47,638 nucleotides of DNA from positions 88,684,032-88,731,669 of the forward strand of contig NC_068986.1 of NCBI RefSeq assembly GCF_001194135.2, in the 5' to 3' direction. The position numbers and the translations under genes are program-made. This DNA is from Octopus bimaculoides. Its lineage: Eukaryota. Position 1 is the first letter of the stretch. Each line of letters starts with the position of its first letter. Of the stretch, positions 32,241 through 45,432 are shown piece after piece. Under the pieces are notes generated by a model. The model searched no databases. It had not been told where the DNA came from and saw only the letters and a list, made by a program, of their open reading frames with translations.

Positions 32241-34276
32241 AGTCAATTGACCACTCGTTTTGTCACAAATATAAATCAGCTATTAACATTACACAGATTT
32301 GTCAATTTACAGTGTTTTTTTTAGTTCCTTCAACGGTGTATTCGCACACGTATGCGCAGGCTTGGGCAAGATTTTGTATGAAGAATGGCAATTATTCATG
32401 TATACAACCTAACTCTCTCTAAGTCGCGACGTTTAACTACGGGGGGGGGGNNNNNNNNNNNNNNNNNNNNNNNNNNNNNNNNNNNNNNNNNNNNNNNNNN
32501 NNNNNNNNNNNNNNNNNNNNNNNNNNNNNNNNNNNNNNNNNNNNNNNNNNNNNNNNNNNNNNNNNNNNNNNNNNNNNNNNNNNNNNNNNNNNNNNNNNNN
32601 NNNNNNNNNNNNNNNNNNNNNNNNNNNNNNNNNNNNNNNNNNNNNNNNNNNNNNNNNNNNNNNNNNNNNNNNNNNNNNNNNNNNNNNNNNNNNNNNNNNN
32701 NNNNNNNNNNNNNNNNNNNNNNNNNNNNNNNNNNNNNNNNNNNNNNNNNNNNNNNNNNNNNNNNNNNNNNNNNNNNNNNNNNNNNNNNNNNNNNNNNNNN
32801 NATACGCCATGTGCCACCTTCGCCTTCAATTGCTAATCTTCAACCATTAACCTGGATAAGAAAATATCTACGATAATCTTTTAACGTTTAGTTATGGATG
32901 GAAGGGCAGCCACCATGGCCCCATTTTTTTTTCAAGAGCCTCCGGGACTGGTAGGATGAAGAGAGGCCGTTATTTTCAGAGAACTGCCTCGAATGTTTGC
33001 AACTGAGTGAGCTCTGCCAAAGGCTCCCGAAGGCCATGTGGTGAAGTTAAACTGGGAGACGGATTAAGTCTATCAAACAAGAACTCAAAACGTAAAAACC
33101 TAGAACAAATGTTATCAGGTATCTCCGTCGGTGCTCTACCAATTTTTTTCAATCATCACTTTGGATTGGTACGTTATTTATGGATCGCGAAAGGATGAAA
33201 GATAAAGTTGACTTCGGAGGGATTTCAATTCCGAACAATATCAACTCAGAGCGCAGAGATTCACAACAAATAACACTCTAATGATTCAACCAATTCACTA
33301 GACTTGAGTAGCTAAGCTTATCTGATCTAACGTGATAATTAGGAATATCAAAATACGGTTCGACACGAAATTATAAAACATAAAGCTAAAATAGTTATCT
33401 AGGTAAGACAGTGATACATAATCCTCAATGATCCAGTCCACCTAAATATGAATTAGACATCATAATGAGGAAGTATAACTTACAACTGTTAACGACAGAA
33501 ACCACTGTGCCGTAACTATATTACAGATGGCTGTTTCGTTAGCGTTCGTAGCGAGTTCAAGTATGTTCTTTAGTATATTCTTCCCAAGAGATCTTTAAAT
33601 CAACAGCATTTCCAAATGTTCAACCACTTCCCTGCATCTTTAAGCACTCACTGATTTATCCATCAAAGTAATTCATGTTAGGATCAATCAAGGATTCTTT
33701 TAATTTACCTGAACACTCAAAGTGACACTGACCTTCTTTCCTATTCCTTTATTCCTTTATTCATTTAATTGTTTCAGTCATAGAAATACGGTTATGGTGA
33801 AGGTTTTTGTCGAATCCAGCGACATATATTCCTTTTTAATTATTTTAATGACTCCAGGAGGATAAAAGCAAAAGTCGACCGGGGTAGGAAATCAGAAGGT
33901 AGAGAGATGTAGCTATAAATAACGCAAGATATTTTATCCGACACCCAAACGATTCTCGATTCTGCTAATTCACGTCAGTTTACATTTTTGCTTTACAAAT
34001 GTAATTTCAGGATTTCCTTATTTCGTCAGCTTCGACATTCTCTTCCGTTTCAATAAGAAGTAGTCGAAAACGTATAGGAAGCGAACAAGCAGAATCGTTA
34101 CATCGTCGGATAGTATATGATTTACGTTATCTCTTCCGTTTTACTGCGCTTGAGTTCAAACCTCAGTGGAGACAATTGAGAATCTTCTATACTATCAGGG
34201 TAAAAAAAAACAAAAACCAAAACTATCTTTTCAGTAGTGGGGGCGATTGTTTGTTCGTTTGTTTCTTTCTCCTCAC

Positions 34277-34459
34277 CTTTCTCTCAAAAGCAGAAGCAGA
34301 AATCGGCAAATCAGCTGTGATCAGATCTGGAGAAGGACAGACTTCAGTAGGTTTAAATGTTGACTGCATATTCGTATTTCGCGGCGGTAAACCTACAACG
34401 CCGCCAGGAGAAGTGGGGACAAGACACGTCCAAAGCGTAAGAGAAATTAAACTAAACAT
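34277..34459 (-). CDS. Candidate first coding exon of an unknown secreted or membrane protein
   Basis: 61 codons: MFSLISLTLWTCLVPTSPGGVVGLPPRNTNMQSTFKPTEVCPSPDLITADLPISASAFERK. The N-terminus is hydrophobic and signal-peptide-like, the exon ends exactly at a strong donor AAG|GTGAGG, and it is GC-richer than its flanks. No homologue recognised and no downstream exon confirmed. Confidence 0.45.
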
Positions 34460-34474
34460 CCAGTAGCTCCAAAA

Positions 34475-34536
<62 letters not shown>

Positions 34537-34554
34537 TAATATACACGTATCTAT

Positions 34555-35042
34555 AATTTGTTTCAGTCACTGAACTGCAGCCATGCTGAAGGGTTTTATT
34601 TAGTTAAACGAACAGATCCCTGACTCATTTTTGATCCTGGTATTTATTCTATCAGGTGGTCCATTGCTGGGATTTAAGCAACAACAAAAAAATTGTAATC
34701 TAAATTTTTAACCCCCTCCCCGCACTAAGCGAGTTCGCGTGCGCATGTGTGAGTAGTACTTATTCTATCAGTCTCTTTGATCGAATCGCTAAATGATGGG
34801 GACGCAACCACACCAACATCGGTTGTCAATCGGTGGGGCTGTGGACAAACAGACGCACATACATAGATATATACATGTATATATATGACAGGGTTCTTTC
34901 AGTTTCCGTCTACCAAATCCACTTACAAAGTTTTCACCAGCCCGAGGCTATAGTAGAAGACACTTGCCCAAGATGCTACGCCATGGGACTGAACCCGAAA
35001 CAATGTGGTTGAGAAACAAGTTTCTTATCACACATCCACGCC
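34555..35042 (-). mobile_element. Bipartite tRNA-derived SINE, interrupted
   Basis: The reverse-complement tail is at 34555 and the head at about 34885-35042. Confidence 0.75.
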
Positions 35043-35409
35043 TGTCGGTTGACATTCTTGTTTTAGTTTCTCACTTCAAGTCACAAAACAAATATATTAT
35101 GCTCTGAATGGTATTCCTTAGTTTCTAAATGTGTCTTCAATATTCTGGCGTCATTTACGAGCAAATGACACCGCGTGTTTCTCTTTAACTTGCTGCAATG
35201 TTTGTTTGAAAACAACGAATCAGAGGGAAAGCGGGAGGCAATCCGAACAGTATGACTCGTTGACAGCTATAAGGTTTTGTAGCTTTTTCTTTAATTCATT
35301 TACGTGCAATAGCAATCACACCACCTCTACCCCTCTGTGTCTCTCACATCTCCTCTCCCTCTTCCTCGGTGGGTGTGTGTGTGTGTGTGTTGGTGTATGC
35401 ATGTATGTA

Positions 35410-35455
<46 letters not shown>

Positions 35456-35703
35456 NNNNNNNNNNNNNNNNNNNNNNNNNNNNNNNNNNNNNNNNNNNNN
35501 NNNNNNNNNNNNNNNNNNNNNNNNNNNNNNNNNNNNNNNNNNNNNNNNNNNNNNNNNNNNNNNNNNNNNNNNNNNNNNNNNNNNNNNNNNNNNNNNNNNN
35601 NNNNNNNNNNNNNNNNNNNNNNNNNNNNNNNNNNNNNNNNNNNNNNNNNNNNNNNNNNNNNNNNNNNNNNNNNNNNNNNNNNNNNNNNNNNNNNNNNNNN
35701 NNN

Positions 35704-35736
<33 letters not shown>

Positions 35737-36038
35737 GTATGTGAGTGTATGTATGTGTGTATGTATGTATGTATGTATGTATGTATGTATGTATGTATGC
35801 AGGTGTGGGTTGCGTAGTAAGAAGTTAGCTTCCCAACCGCATGATTCTCAGTACAGTCCTACTGCGCAGCTGTTTGAGGAAGTGTTTTCGGATCTTGTTA
35901 AATTTCTTCCAACCACTTTTCAAATTTTCACCCGATTACTTAAAAGAAATATTTGATAGTTTCATTCCATTACAACATTCGTAACCTGTCGGTATCTGTT
36001 GCATTTTATATCCCTTTCTCTCACACCAAATTGTAATC

Positions 36039-36356
36039 ATGGAGCCACGCGTAAGGTACATGGGTATATCGGACGCAGATAGGGCAAGGATGGTTGACGC
36101 TTTCGAGGAGTATCAAATCGATTACCTACGACTGGCAGACAGACTTAGCATTAAAAGGAGTAGTACCTGATCCATAGTAGCGACCTACCTACGGTCTGGG
36201 AGGCTCCACAAGTTGTCCAGAGGAGCTGCCCACCACGTTAAAGTGGATAAGGAAATGCTAGCCAGGCTTCAAGTGCTTATTGATTCCAAACCACTCGCAA
36301 CCCTTCAACAAATGAAGAGGGACTTAGAGGCCAACAAAAATTCGACTGCTATATAA
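36039..36356 (+). pseudogene. IS630/Tc1-type transposase N-terminal HTH fragment
   Basis: MEPRVRYMGISDADRARMVDAFEEYQIDYLRLADRLSIKRSST*SIVATYLRSGRLHKLSRG...VKVDKEM...LATLQQMKRDL: a paired-like HTH with one in-frame stop and no DDE domain. Confidence 0.75.
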
Positions 36357-36552
36357 GTAGGAATATATCACCCAAATCTAGTTTATGTACTGAAGATGAG
36401 ACTGTAATAATCTGAAAATGATGATATTATGAATCTGAGAACTTTATTGCTCCAAGTATATTGCGAAAAACTCATAAAGAAAATTTAGTAATAGGAAAGA
36501 TAAAACTGGAACATAATCGTGTTTTTAATGAAACACACACATATAAAGTAAA

Positions 36553-37110
36553 CCTCACTATGCGTATTTTATATCACTGATGTACGGGAAAAAAGCGTAA
36601 GAGTTTCCTGATAAATCATTTCCTAGTTGTTGACCACTCCTCAGAGAAAACCAGCCCACTTTCCTTCTCCAATCAAACCCATAGGATTGTTTTTTATAAA
36701 GCAGTCATGAATTAGGCTAGCATCGTAATAGACAGCCTAATTTGCATATTTATGATTTTGACGCTTCGTCATTAACTAAACATTACCTATTTATGGACAA
36801 CACTGCGTTAATACAAAGAACTGAAATAATTTTAAATATTATAATCCCTCACTATGGGTTAAATATGAATGTAAATACATTCTTTCTTCATTATTGATGT
36901 GCGGGAAAAAAGGAGTGAGTTTCCTGACAGGCTGTTTCACAATTTATCATGTTGCTGGTCTAATTCATAGACTGCTTTGTAAGCAGCTGATCTTTGGAAC
37001 TGATTGGTGGAGGAAACCGGGTAGGATTTTCTAAGGAGCAGTCAACAAACCATAAAACGGTCTGTCAGGAAACTCCTTCCATCTTTTTTCCATACATCAC
37101 GCGCATAGTA
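36553..37110. mobile_element. Two adjacent copies of a ~260-bp TIR element in opposite orientation
   Basis: gatgtNcgggaaaaaag...gagtttcctga occurs at 36579 and 36896, with the complementary end ctgtcaggaaactcc...catacatc at 37062-37098. The interior of the first copy is the reverse complement of the second. Confidence 0.7.
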
Positions 37111-38904
37111 TATATGTGTAATTAACTGAAGCGAGGAGGTGTGACCTAATGGTTAAGGTGTTACACTCTCGATCGCTAGATCATGGTTTTGATTCCAGGA
37201 CCGAGTGGTGCTTTGTGTTCTTGAGCAAAAACATTTCATTGCACGTTGCCCAGCGACATCGGATGTGTGGCACACTGTGCACCTATGTCGATTTGATAAA
37301 GGGATTTAGCACAAACATTTGATCACTATAATCAAAACATTCGTGCGGCTTGTTCAGCAAGAAATTGCGGAACTCTTATCTGTTATCTACGACAAGACAG
37401 TCCATCAGTTAATCAAATCTTATTAAATACATTTATACGTGGCAAAGTAGAGTTTTCAACACACAAAATAAAGAATATATAATTCCTTTCATCAAGAAAC
37501 ATGTTAAAAATTTTTGGATCAAACTGTTTTCATTTATATGGAATCTACTGCAGTTAGACGTCGAAAATTGAAGCTTGTCCGTAAAATTATTCACCAGAAA
37601 AAAAATTTGACTTGAAGCAGATTTGACATAAAAATTCATGTTGAGTTTGAAGATATAAAAACATATATAGAAAAGCGTTGTTTGGAGATCTATCATCTCA
37701 TATATATGTATATTCTCAAATATCTGTTAGAAATACGTTGATATACAGTAGTTACTTTTAGAGACGTTTGAAACAAAGTTTCATAGGAACTCTATACATT
37801 TTTGGTTACATAAATATTGTTCTTTTTGTGCTGACTCAGTACATTTTATAATATGAAACTCGTACACACATACATACTCAAACTCGCACGCACGCGTTCA
37901 CACACCATACACATACACACTCTTCTTTCACTTCCTCTTTCTCACAGATACACTGCGGCAACAACTCTGATTGGTAGAATCGCTAGAATGTCAGAAAAAT
38001 GTCAAAAATGCCAAAAATCCTCAAAATACCTTGTTTAAATGTAGCCGCGGACAACTTTGCCTTTCATCCCTACGGAGTCAATGAGATAAAGTGTCAGCCA
38101 AGTGGTGGGGTCCGTGTAATAGACTGAACCCTTCCCCTCAAGTTTGTTGGTCTTGTGCCTAAATCAGAAAGCATTATTTAAACCAAGTCAGCCCTATTCG
38201 AGCAGACATATACTTCAAGACTTCCATTCCTAAATGTAACGATACAGTTCAATGTCGCATGTAATTTTGCTCGTTGTTCTACCATTTCTGCAATCGATCG
38301 CCTTTTAGGAAACATGAGTGACTATATACAACGATATTTACAGGAATATACATCGAGACCAGTGATGAGTCACAAGAGTAGTAGTAACCCATGAACGTGC
38401 TTGTTAGCGAAATGAATAAGTTCTGAGTTCAAGTTCATCCACATCCAAAGGCGACTTGAATAGTTACACATATTTTCTTTGAAAAATTGATAAGGTAAGT
38501 TACCGGAAATAAATTGAACTCAATTTAGTTTTCTATACCTTCTCTCAAATAGAAGTATTTGCCTTGAGTCAATATATATACATACAAACATATATGCATA
38601 CATACACCTATATAGGCGTGTGTTTTTTGGTAAAAATACCCAAAAGTTAGGGCTCATACATGCATGCATGCATGCATACATACATACATACATGCTAATT
38701 GCTCCATCTTCACAGATGATTGCCGTCTCCTCGTGCTTTCTCGTTGTCAATAGGATTTCTGATTTTCCATTCATGACCTCTCGGGTGATTATTCAGTTCC
38801 GTTGCAGATATGCATAGTTTTGAAGCATTGATGATAGACCAAAGTTGTAACTTACTGTGCGCTTCCGTATCGTACAAAGTTGTACCTTACAATGAGCTAT
38901 TGTA

Positions 38905-39009
<105 letters not shown>

Positions 39010-39233
39010 GGGTTCGTTGCAGAATGCCATGAAAATTACCGAATACGGCAAACACTCGAAGGACAGAGAGTACAATGGCCGGAATATTATAACTGTAATA
39101 CTCAAGATAAGGGACTTTAGTCCCAATATTATATATAGTAGACTGAACATAACAATATTGAGGGCTTTTTTGTTTCATTGAAAATCACACTGTTTGAATC
39201 CATAATTACACACATATGTGTGTGTGTGTCATT

Positions 39234-39312
39234 ATGTATGTGTGTGTCTTTATGTATGTGCGTGTCTTTATGTATGTGTGTGTCTTTATGTATGTGTGTG
39301 TCTTTATGTATG
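39234..39312. repeat. 18-bp minisatellite (ATGTATGTGTGTGTCTTT-like) inside a SINE linker
   Basis: Four to five near-identical units are visible. Confidence 0.85.
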
Positions 39313-39757
39313 TGTTTGTCACCCCACCATCGCTTGGCAACCGATGTTGGTGTGTTTACGTCCCCGTAACATAGCGGTTCGGCAAAAGACACCGATAGAA
39401 TAAGTACTAGGCTAGCAAAGAATAAGTCCTGGGGTCGATTTCTTCAACTAAAAACCCCATTAAGACGGTACTCCAGCATGACCACAGTCAAATAACTGAA
39501 ACAAGTCAAAGAACACGCGTGCGCACGCACACATACACACACGCACACACACACACACACACACGCACATACACACACACACTCACGTGTTGGTCGAGTC
39601 ACTCTCTTGGTACTCTGAATTTCGCCTGAATATCCTATGCGCCTACAGGCGAAACTCAGAGTTGCAAAAGACTGACTCAGCCAAAATTAAACTATTATTA
39701 ATCTCTTCTATGGTATCAAGTACTCTTTATTTCTTCCCACAGTCAGCAGCCCTAAAC

Positions 39758-39837
<80 letters not shown>

Positions 39838-39838
39838 G

Positions 39839-39878
<40 letters not shown>

Positions 39879-40465
39879 TATGCGCTGAGAATGAATGCCA
39901 AGCTATATTCAGTTATTTTCCCTAAAAAAAGCAAGGAAATGTAATAAAGTAATGCAAAAAAAAAAAAGAAAAAGACCAAAGAAAGTGAAGATCTAGCCTC
40001 GTGAACGGTGCTCATGATGGAAAGTACAAATGGATATTCAGGAATTGTTCTTGTGCCCAAGCCATATTACAATAACTAAGCAATGACCCAATCTTATGAC
40101 ATGGCCTGGCCTGACAAAAATAGTCCTAACAGTGGAGTTGACGAGAGTTTGAGAAGGCAGTATGGAAAGGGGACATGAGAACAAGTACCTAAAAGAAAAG
40201 GAATTCTTGGTGGCATGTACATTCTTCAGGCGATGGTGGCATGTATTGAGTCTGTAATGTCTATTGGACTTAAGCAAAATTAGTGGTTTGTGAATTACAA
40301 GATAAGCAGAGAACGTTTAATAATAGATACAGCACAAGTACAAAAGAAAAAGACCAGAGCTTAAACATTAATCCTCAGTAAATGTCGGTCCCAAATTTTG
40401 GCACGAAGCCAGCAATTTCGGGGGAGTAAACCGATTACATCGACCCCAGTGCTCAACTGGTACCC

Positions 40466-40770
40466 ACTCACTCACTCACTCACTCATTCACTCACTCACT
40501 CATTCACCTACTCACTCATTCACCTACTCACTCATTAACTCAATCACTCACTCCTCACTCACCTACTCACTCACTCACTCACTCAACTACTCACTCATTC
40601 ACTTACCTACTCACTCACTCACTCACTCACTCACACACACACTCACTCACTCACTCACTCACTCACTCACTCACCTACTCACTCACTCAACTACTCACTC
40701 CTTCACTCAACTACTCACTCACTCACTCACTCACAATCACTCAATCACTCAACCTATCATTCAATCAATA
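40466..40770. repeat. Degenerate (CACT)n tetranucleotide array
   Basis: About 300 bp of actc/cact units with cacct and caact variants. Confidence 0.92.
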
Positions 40771-40936
40771 TGTGCGCGCTTGTATGTATGTATATATGCA
40801 TGTATACACGCACACACACGCGCGCACGCATATATTCACATCATTTGTTATATACTTATACAATGTTATTTTCAGGTATTTAAAAATAAATAATTACATT
40901 CTAATGTTAAATACTTTCTTAGACATTCTTTACATA

Positions 40937-40989
<53 letters not shown>

Positions 40990-42118
40990 ACACATGCATA
41001 TATACATATACGTATATATAACTATGTATTTATGCGTATGCTATACACATACATAAAGATATATATCAATATATACTAATGTATTATACACATACACTCA
41101 CATAAGCGTACATATACGCATGCGCGCTCACACGTACACCTTCCTCACACCTCACACAGATATATAGTACTTAAAGCGTTTATATAACGTATATATATAA
41201 ATATATATATGTTCATATGTGTATGAGTTTAATCGCTCGAGTGAATGAGTTTGGAACGTTTGTGTGTATTCCCCCTCCAACAAAACCATCGTGCATAGTT
41301 GCACTTGCACCCGACCTCCCTCTTCTTGTTTATTTAATAATCTACATATATTTCAAACCGATCGTTTCACCCATATCGTTATCGAACATAATAAATAAGC
41401 GAGATTTACATATTTCACAGATTTTTCACTGCATTTGTTACCTTTGTTCAAACTTTTATGTGCAACATGAATGACTGAATGAATGGTTAAATCGCATGCA
41501 TTAGAGAGAAAAATTTCAATTCAAGATTTACGATGAAAGCCACATCGCTACATAACGTAGTTTATTTTTCAATAGTAACATCACCGCCATTACCACCGAC
41601 ACCACCATGGTCTTCATCACTACCATGGTCATCACAAACATCACAAACATCACGAATAACACCAACACCAACGCCAACACTTACACCATCATCAATAACA
41701 ACACTACCACTTCGTCCAATGTATCATCACGCATCGATTCCATCACATAGGTAGCAACTTGTATAGATTGTATAGCAATGAAGCCGTAAATTTCCGTTTA
41801 GGTCTGTTTATGGAAAGTCTTCGACAATGGTTATGTATATTTTTGAAAGGCAATGATTTATTGTTTCGTAAGATATTAGGTATTTTTTGAATGACTTTGC
41901 ATAATAAATATATTTTACACCGACCGACACATATAATAAAGGAGCGTCGTTTTGTTTATTAAATGGTTGAGACAAACAAACTTCTTTCCCTTTACAAATT
42001 ATAGGACATTACACCCCCCACCCCCCACACGCATACACACACACGCATACACATGCACGCACACGCACACAACGCGCACACACATATCGTCATTTTGTTA
42101 TTATTGTTCTCGCTAATG

Positions 42119-42153
<35 letters not shown>

Positions 42154-43664
42154 GTGTGTGTACGTGTATGTTTCTATGTATATATATATATANNNNNNNN
42201 NNNNNNNNNNNNNNNNNNNNNNNNNNNNNNNNNNNNNNNNNNNNNNNNNNNNNNNNNNNNNNNNNNNNNNNNNNNNNNNNNNNNNNNNNNNNNNNNNNNN
42301 NNNNNNNNNNNNNNNNNNNNNNNNNNNNNNNNNNNNNNNNNNNNNNNNNNNNNNNNNNNNNNNNNNNNNNNNNNNNNNNNNNNNNNNNNNNNNNNNNNNN
42401 NNNNNNNNNNNNNNNNNNNNNNNNNNNNNNNNNNNNNNNNNNNNNNNNNNNNNNNNNNNNNNNNNNNNNNNNNNNNNNNNNNNNNNNNNNNNNNNNNNNN
42501 NNNNNNNNNNNGAAACGGTTGCAGGTCCAAAATGTATTAGTTATTCAATAGATGGGAGACCTCTCTAATCTAAGTTCCGTTAGAATTCAAACATAGCGGG
42601 ACCGAATTCACTGAACAAATTCAATGGAATATGCTTGCTAACCCAAATGATTTCGTATAAACATCAAAAAGCTCTTGTTACAGAGGACGAAGAAGCAACT
42701 TACATTTTGAGGCTATTTCAATCTATATCAACAGCATGATAAAAGAAAAAAAAAAAATGGATGAACATTAGCAAAAAGCAAGACAAAAAAAAAAAACTAA
42801 AACAAAATTGTGACTGTTACTCATACTCGATGATGGTTTGGTACCATCTTTCGCTAAAGCTGAGTGGACTGGAGTACGTGGAATGAAGTGTTTTGCTCAA
42901 AAGCACAACGCATCTCCCGACCCAAGAATCGAAACCAAAATTTCACGATCATGCGTGCAACATCCTAAACATTAAGCCACGCACTTCCACACTTAAAAAA
43001 CAATACCAGTGTGTGTAACATTTATGATGTATATATAAATGTAGAATGACACGAAGGAGCAAAGCCCTGTGCTTTGTATGTAAGACAATTCTCTTTGAGA
43101 AGTTTTTCTGAGACAAAGTATTACATCTTGTGCCGTACTACGTTCATATATACATTATAAAACATTTATACACCGACATAGAAATAAAAAAATAGAAATA
43201 GGAAATATTGGTAGATGAAAGTAAAAACAATCATACCCTAAATTTTTCCGTCAACAGTCCACATCACTGGAAACAGGTTGTAATGACAACATTATTCAAT
43301 AAAATCTCGTACGTTACAGCCTTATCAGAACTTAGTTCTCTGTTATCACCATAGTATAAAAGATGTTATATGAGAACTAATATTCTGGAACTAACTTGGG
43401 GTTAAAAACAACAATAATCACCACAACGTACAACGTAGCAAATCTTAGCACATCTCACGTAAAATACAGAACAATCAATGTGCACCATTGTTGGTCGTCT
43501 GCAGTCAACGACTTGCAATAGTTCAAGCGTAACGTTAAAGGTTTCAGTCTCATCCGTTTCAGAGAGAACAAAAATGGCCGAGACACAGTCCTTTCCTCCA
43601 GGCAGAAAAATGAAAAGAAATCAAATTGAATAGAAGCAAATTTATTTATTCATTTCTTTTCTTT

Positions 43665-43975
43665 TCTTTTATTTGTTTCAGTCATTAGACTGTGGCCATG
43701 GTGGAGCACCGCCTTGAAAAATTTTAGTTGAATGAATCGATCCCAGTACTTATATTTTTTTTAAAGCCTGGTACTTATTCTATCGATCTGTTTGAACCCA
43801 ATCACTAAGTTACGGGGACGTACACACACCAGCACCGGTTGTCAACTGGTGGTGGGGACAAAAACACACACACACATGTATATATATTTAGCAAGGCTTG
43901 CCCAAATTGCCACGTAGCGCAGTTGAACTGAACCGGGAACCATGTGATTGTGAAGCAAGCTTCTTACCACATAGA
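43665..43975 (-). mobile_element. Bipartite SINE (second module and partial head)
   Basis: Reverse complement of the same family as the 24218 copy. Confidence 0.8.
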
Positions 43976-44811
43976 CACGCCAATTTATTTATTTATTTAT
44001 TTATTTATTAGTGGTTTAGTTATGACAAGTCGGGGGAAAAGATGATGTTAGCATTTGACAAACGATCTACACCAAATGCTTGCAGTATAGACTCTGCCAA
44101 AGGTATCCAAGATCCAGGTAATTCCTGCGAAGTCTAAGACTCAGTAGCCAGGAATTGTCACTCTGACCGACTTGCACATAGATTCCGTCGATCAAATTCC
44201 ACTAACGAGGCTTTGGTCGAACAGGGGCCGTAGTAAAAGATATTTACTCAAACTTCCGTGCAATGGAATCGAATTCAAAATCACGTAGTTGTGAAGCGAA
44301 TTTCTAAACCTTATAGTAACCCACTATAAATGTGTATGAGTGTATGCGTGTGTGCGTGTGCACGCGCGCTTGTATGTGGGTACAAATCAATGAGGCTGAG
44401 GCCCTTAACGTTACGTTAGAATTGTTGCAAATCAATGAGTGTAGGAAAAAACATATGCAAAAAGGGAAATTCCAGAGGACTACCATTCTGCAGGGGTAGT
44501 TACAAGCCTCCATTCAATATTCTCGGATTCACAACTCACAAGAACAAAACATGGCAATGTTTAGAATTTAAAAGAATAGAGGAGAAATACAACATTGTCA
44601 TTTTGACGTGTGATTTACAAGGGAGATTACTTTAGGTTACTTTCTGATTTACTTTTCAATTTCTAAAAACCCGTAAGATGTTGGCAAAAGATTTTTACAA
44701 TGTGATCAGCGATGCGATGAAGGCAGTTGCATTTTTACAAGAAACCAGAAGGCAATTACATTTTTACAAGAAATCAGCACTAAATTCACATCATTTCTTA
44801 AGAAAAAGAAA

Positions 44812-45090
44812 GGTGCCATTTTGGCGTGTGATCTACAATTTAAAGGGAGGTTACTTTAGGTTACTTTTTAGTTTACTTTGTGTTAGTGCTACTTTCCGTG
44901 TGATGTACGTGAGCAAATTTACTTTGGTAGGTGATCTACGCGCTTATTTTAATTATTATATTGTTTTCTTATTATCAAAATAGTAAGAATTTTGAAAAAA
45001 TACATTTACAATGCTAAGTATGTACAAAATAATTTTAAAAAAGTAACCTAAAACTAATCTCCCTTGTAGATCACACGCCAAGGTAGCACC
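44812..45090. mobile_element. ~280-bp TIR element with an extra partial TIR upstream
   Basis: ggtgccattttggcgtgtgatctacaa...ttactttaggttacttttt pairs with aaaaagtaacctaaaactaatctcccttgtagatcacacgccaaggtagcacc. A third partial copy lies at about 44603-44650. Confidence 0.75.
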
Positions 45091-45269
45091 GAGTCTTAGT
45101 TTTCATTTATGTCAACGAAGGAGTTTCAGTTTTAACCTGATAGAGATAGCAACAAAATCTCCATCTGATTACATGTATACATACGGTCACTATGCGATTT
45201 TAAATTCATATAGCTTTAGTTCCATGCATGGTAGAATTAATCTTCGGAAAGAATAAAGGAAAGAATTTA

Positions 45270-45432
45270 ATTCATTTAAAATATATTTAGTTCTGAGATC
45301 GTTAACGTTTACAAACTGTAATTTGATTCTGAACCCTGAAGATACATTTTGCAGTTGATTTTCAGTAATAGCTTGAAGCACGTTAGTTAACCTCGCCCTC
45401 AAGTCATCCATAGAACGAGGTTTATCTGAATA
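45270..45432 (-). mobile_element. Tc1/mariner-superfamily transposase C-terminal remnant
   Basis: YSDKPRSMDDLRARLTNVLQAITENQLQNVSSGFRIKL matches the Y..KP.T..EL...I...I..I....L..V...F..RL pattern. Confidence 0.7.

Noticed and set aside
20745-32876. Long ORFs of 200-430 aa in the track
   Set aside because: Apart from the PLE ORF at 22326, they are long only because N-gaps translate as X and microsatellites lack stops.
33484-33592. Minus-strand 109-nt exon candidate (SLGKNILKNILELATNANET...)
   Set aside because: The acceptor is weak, and it is closed in phase 0, so it cannot follow the 34277 exon directly.
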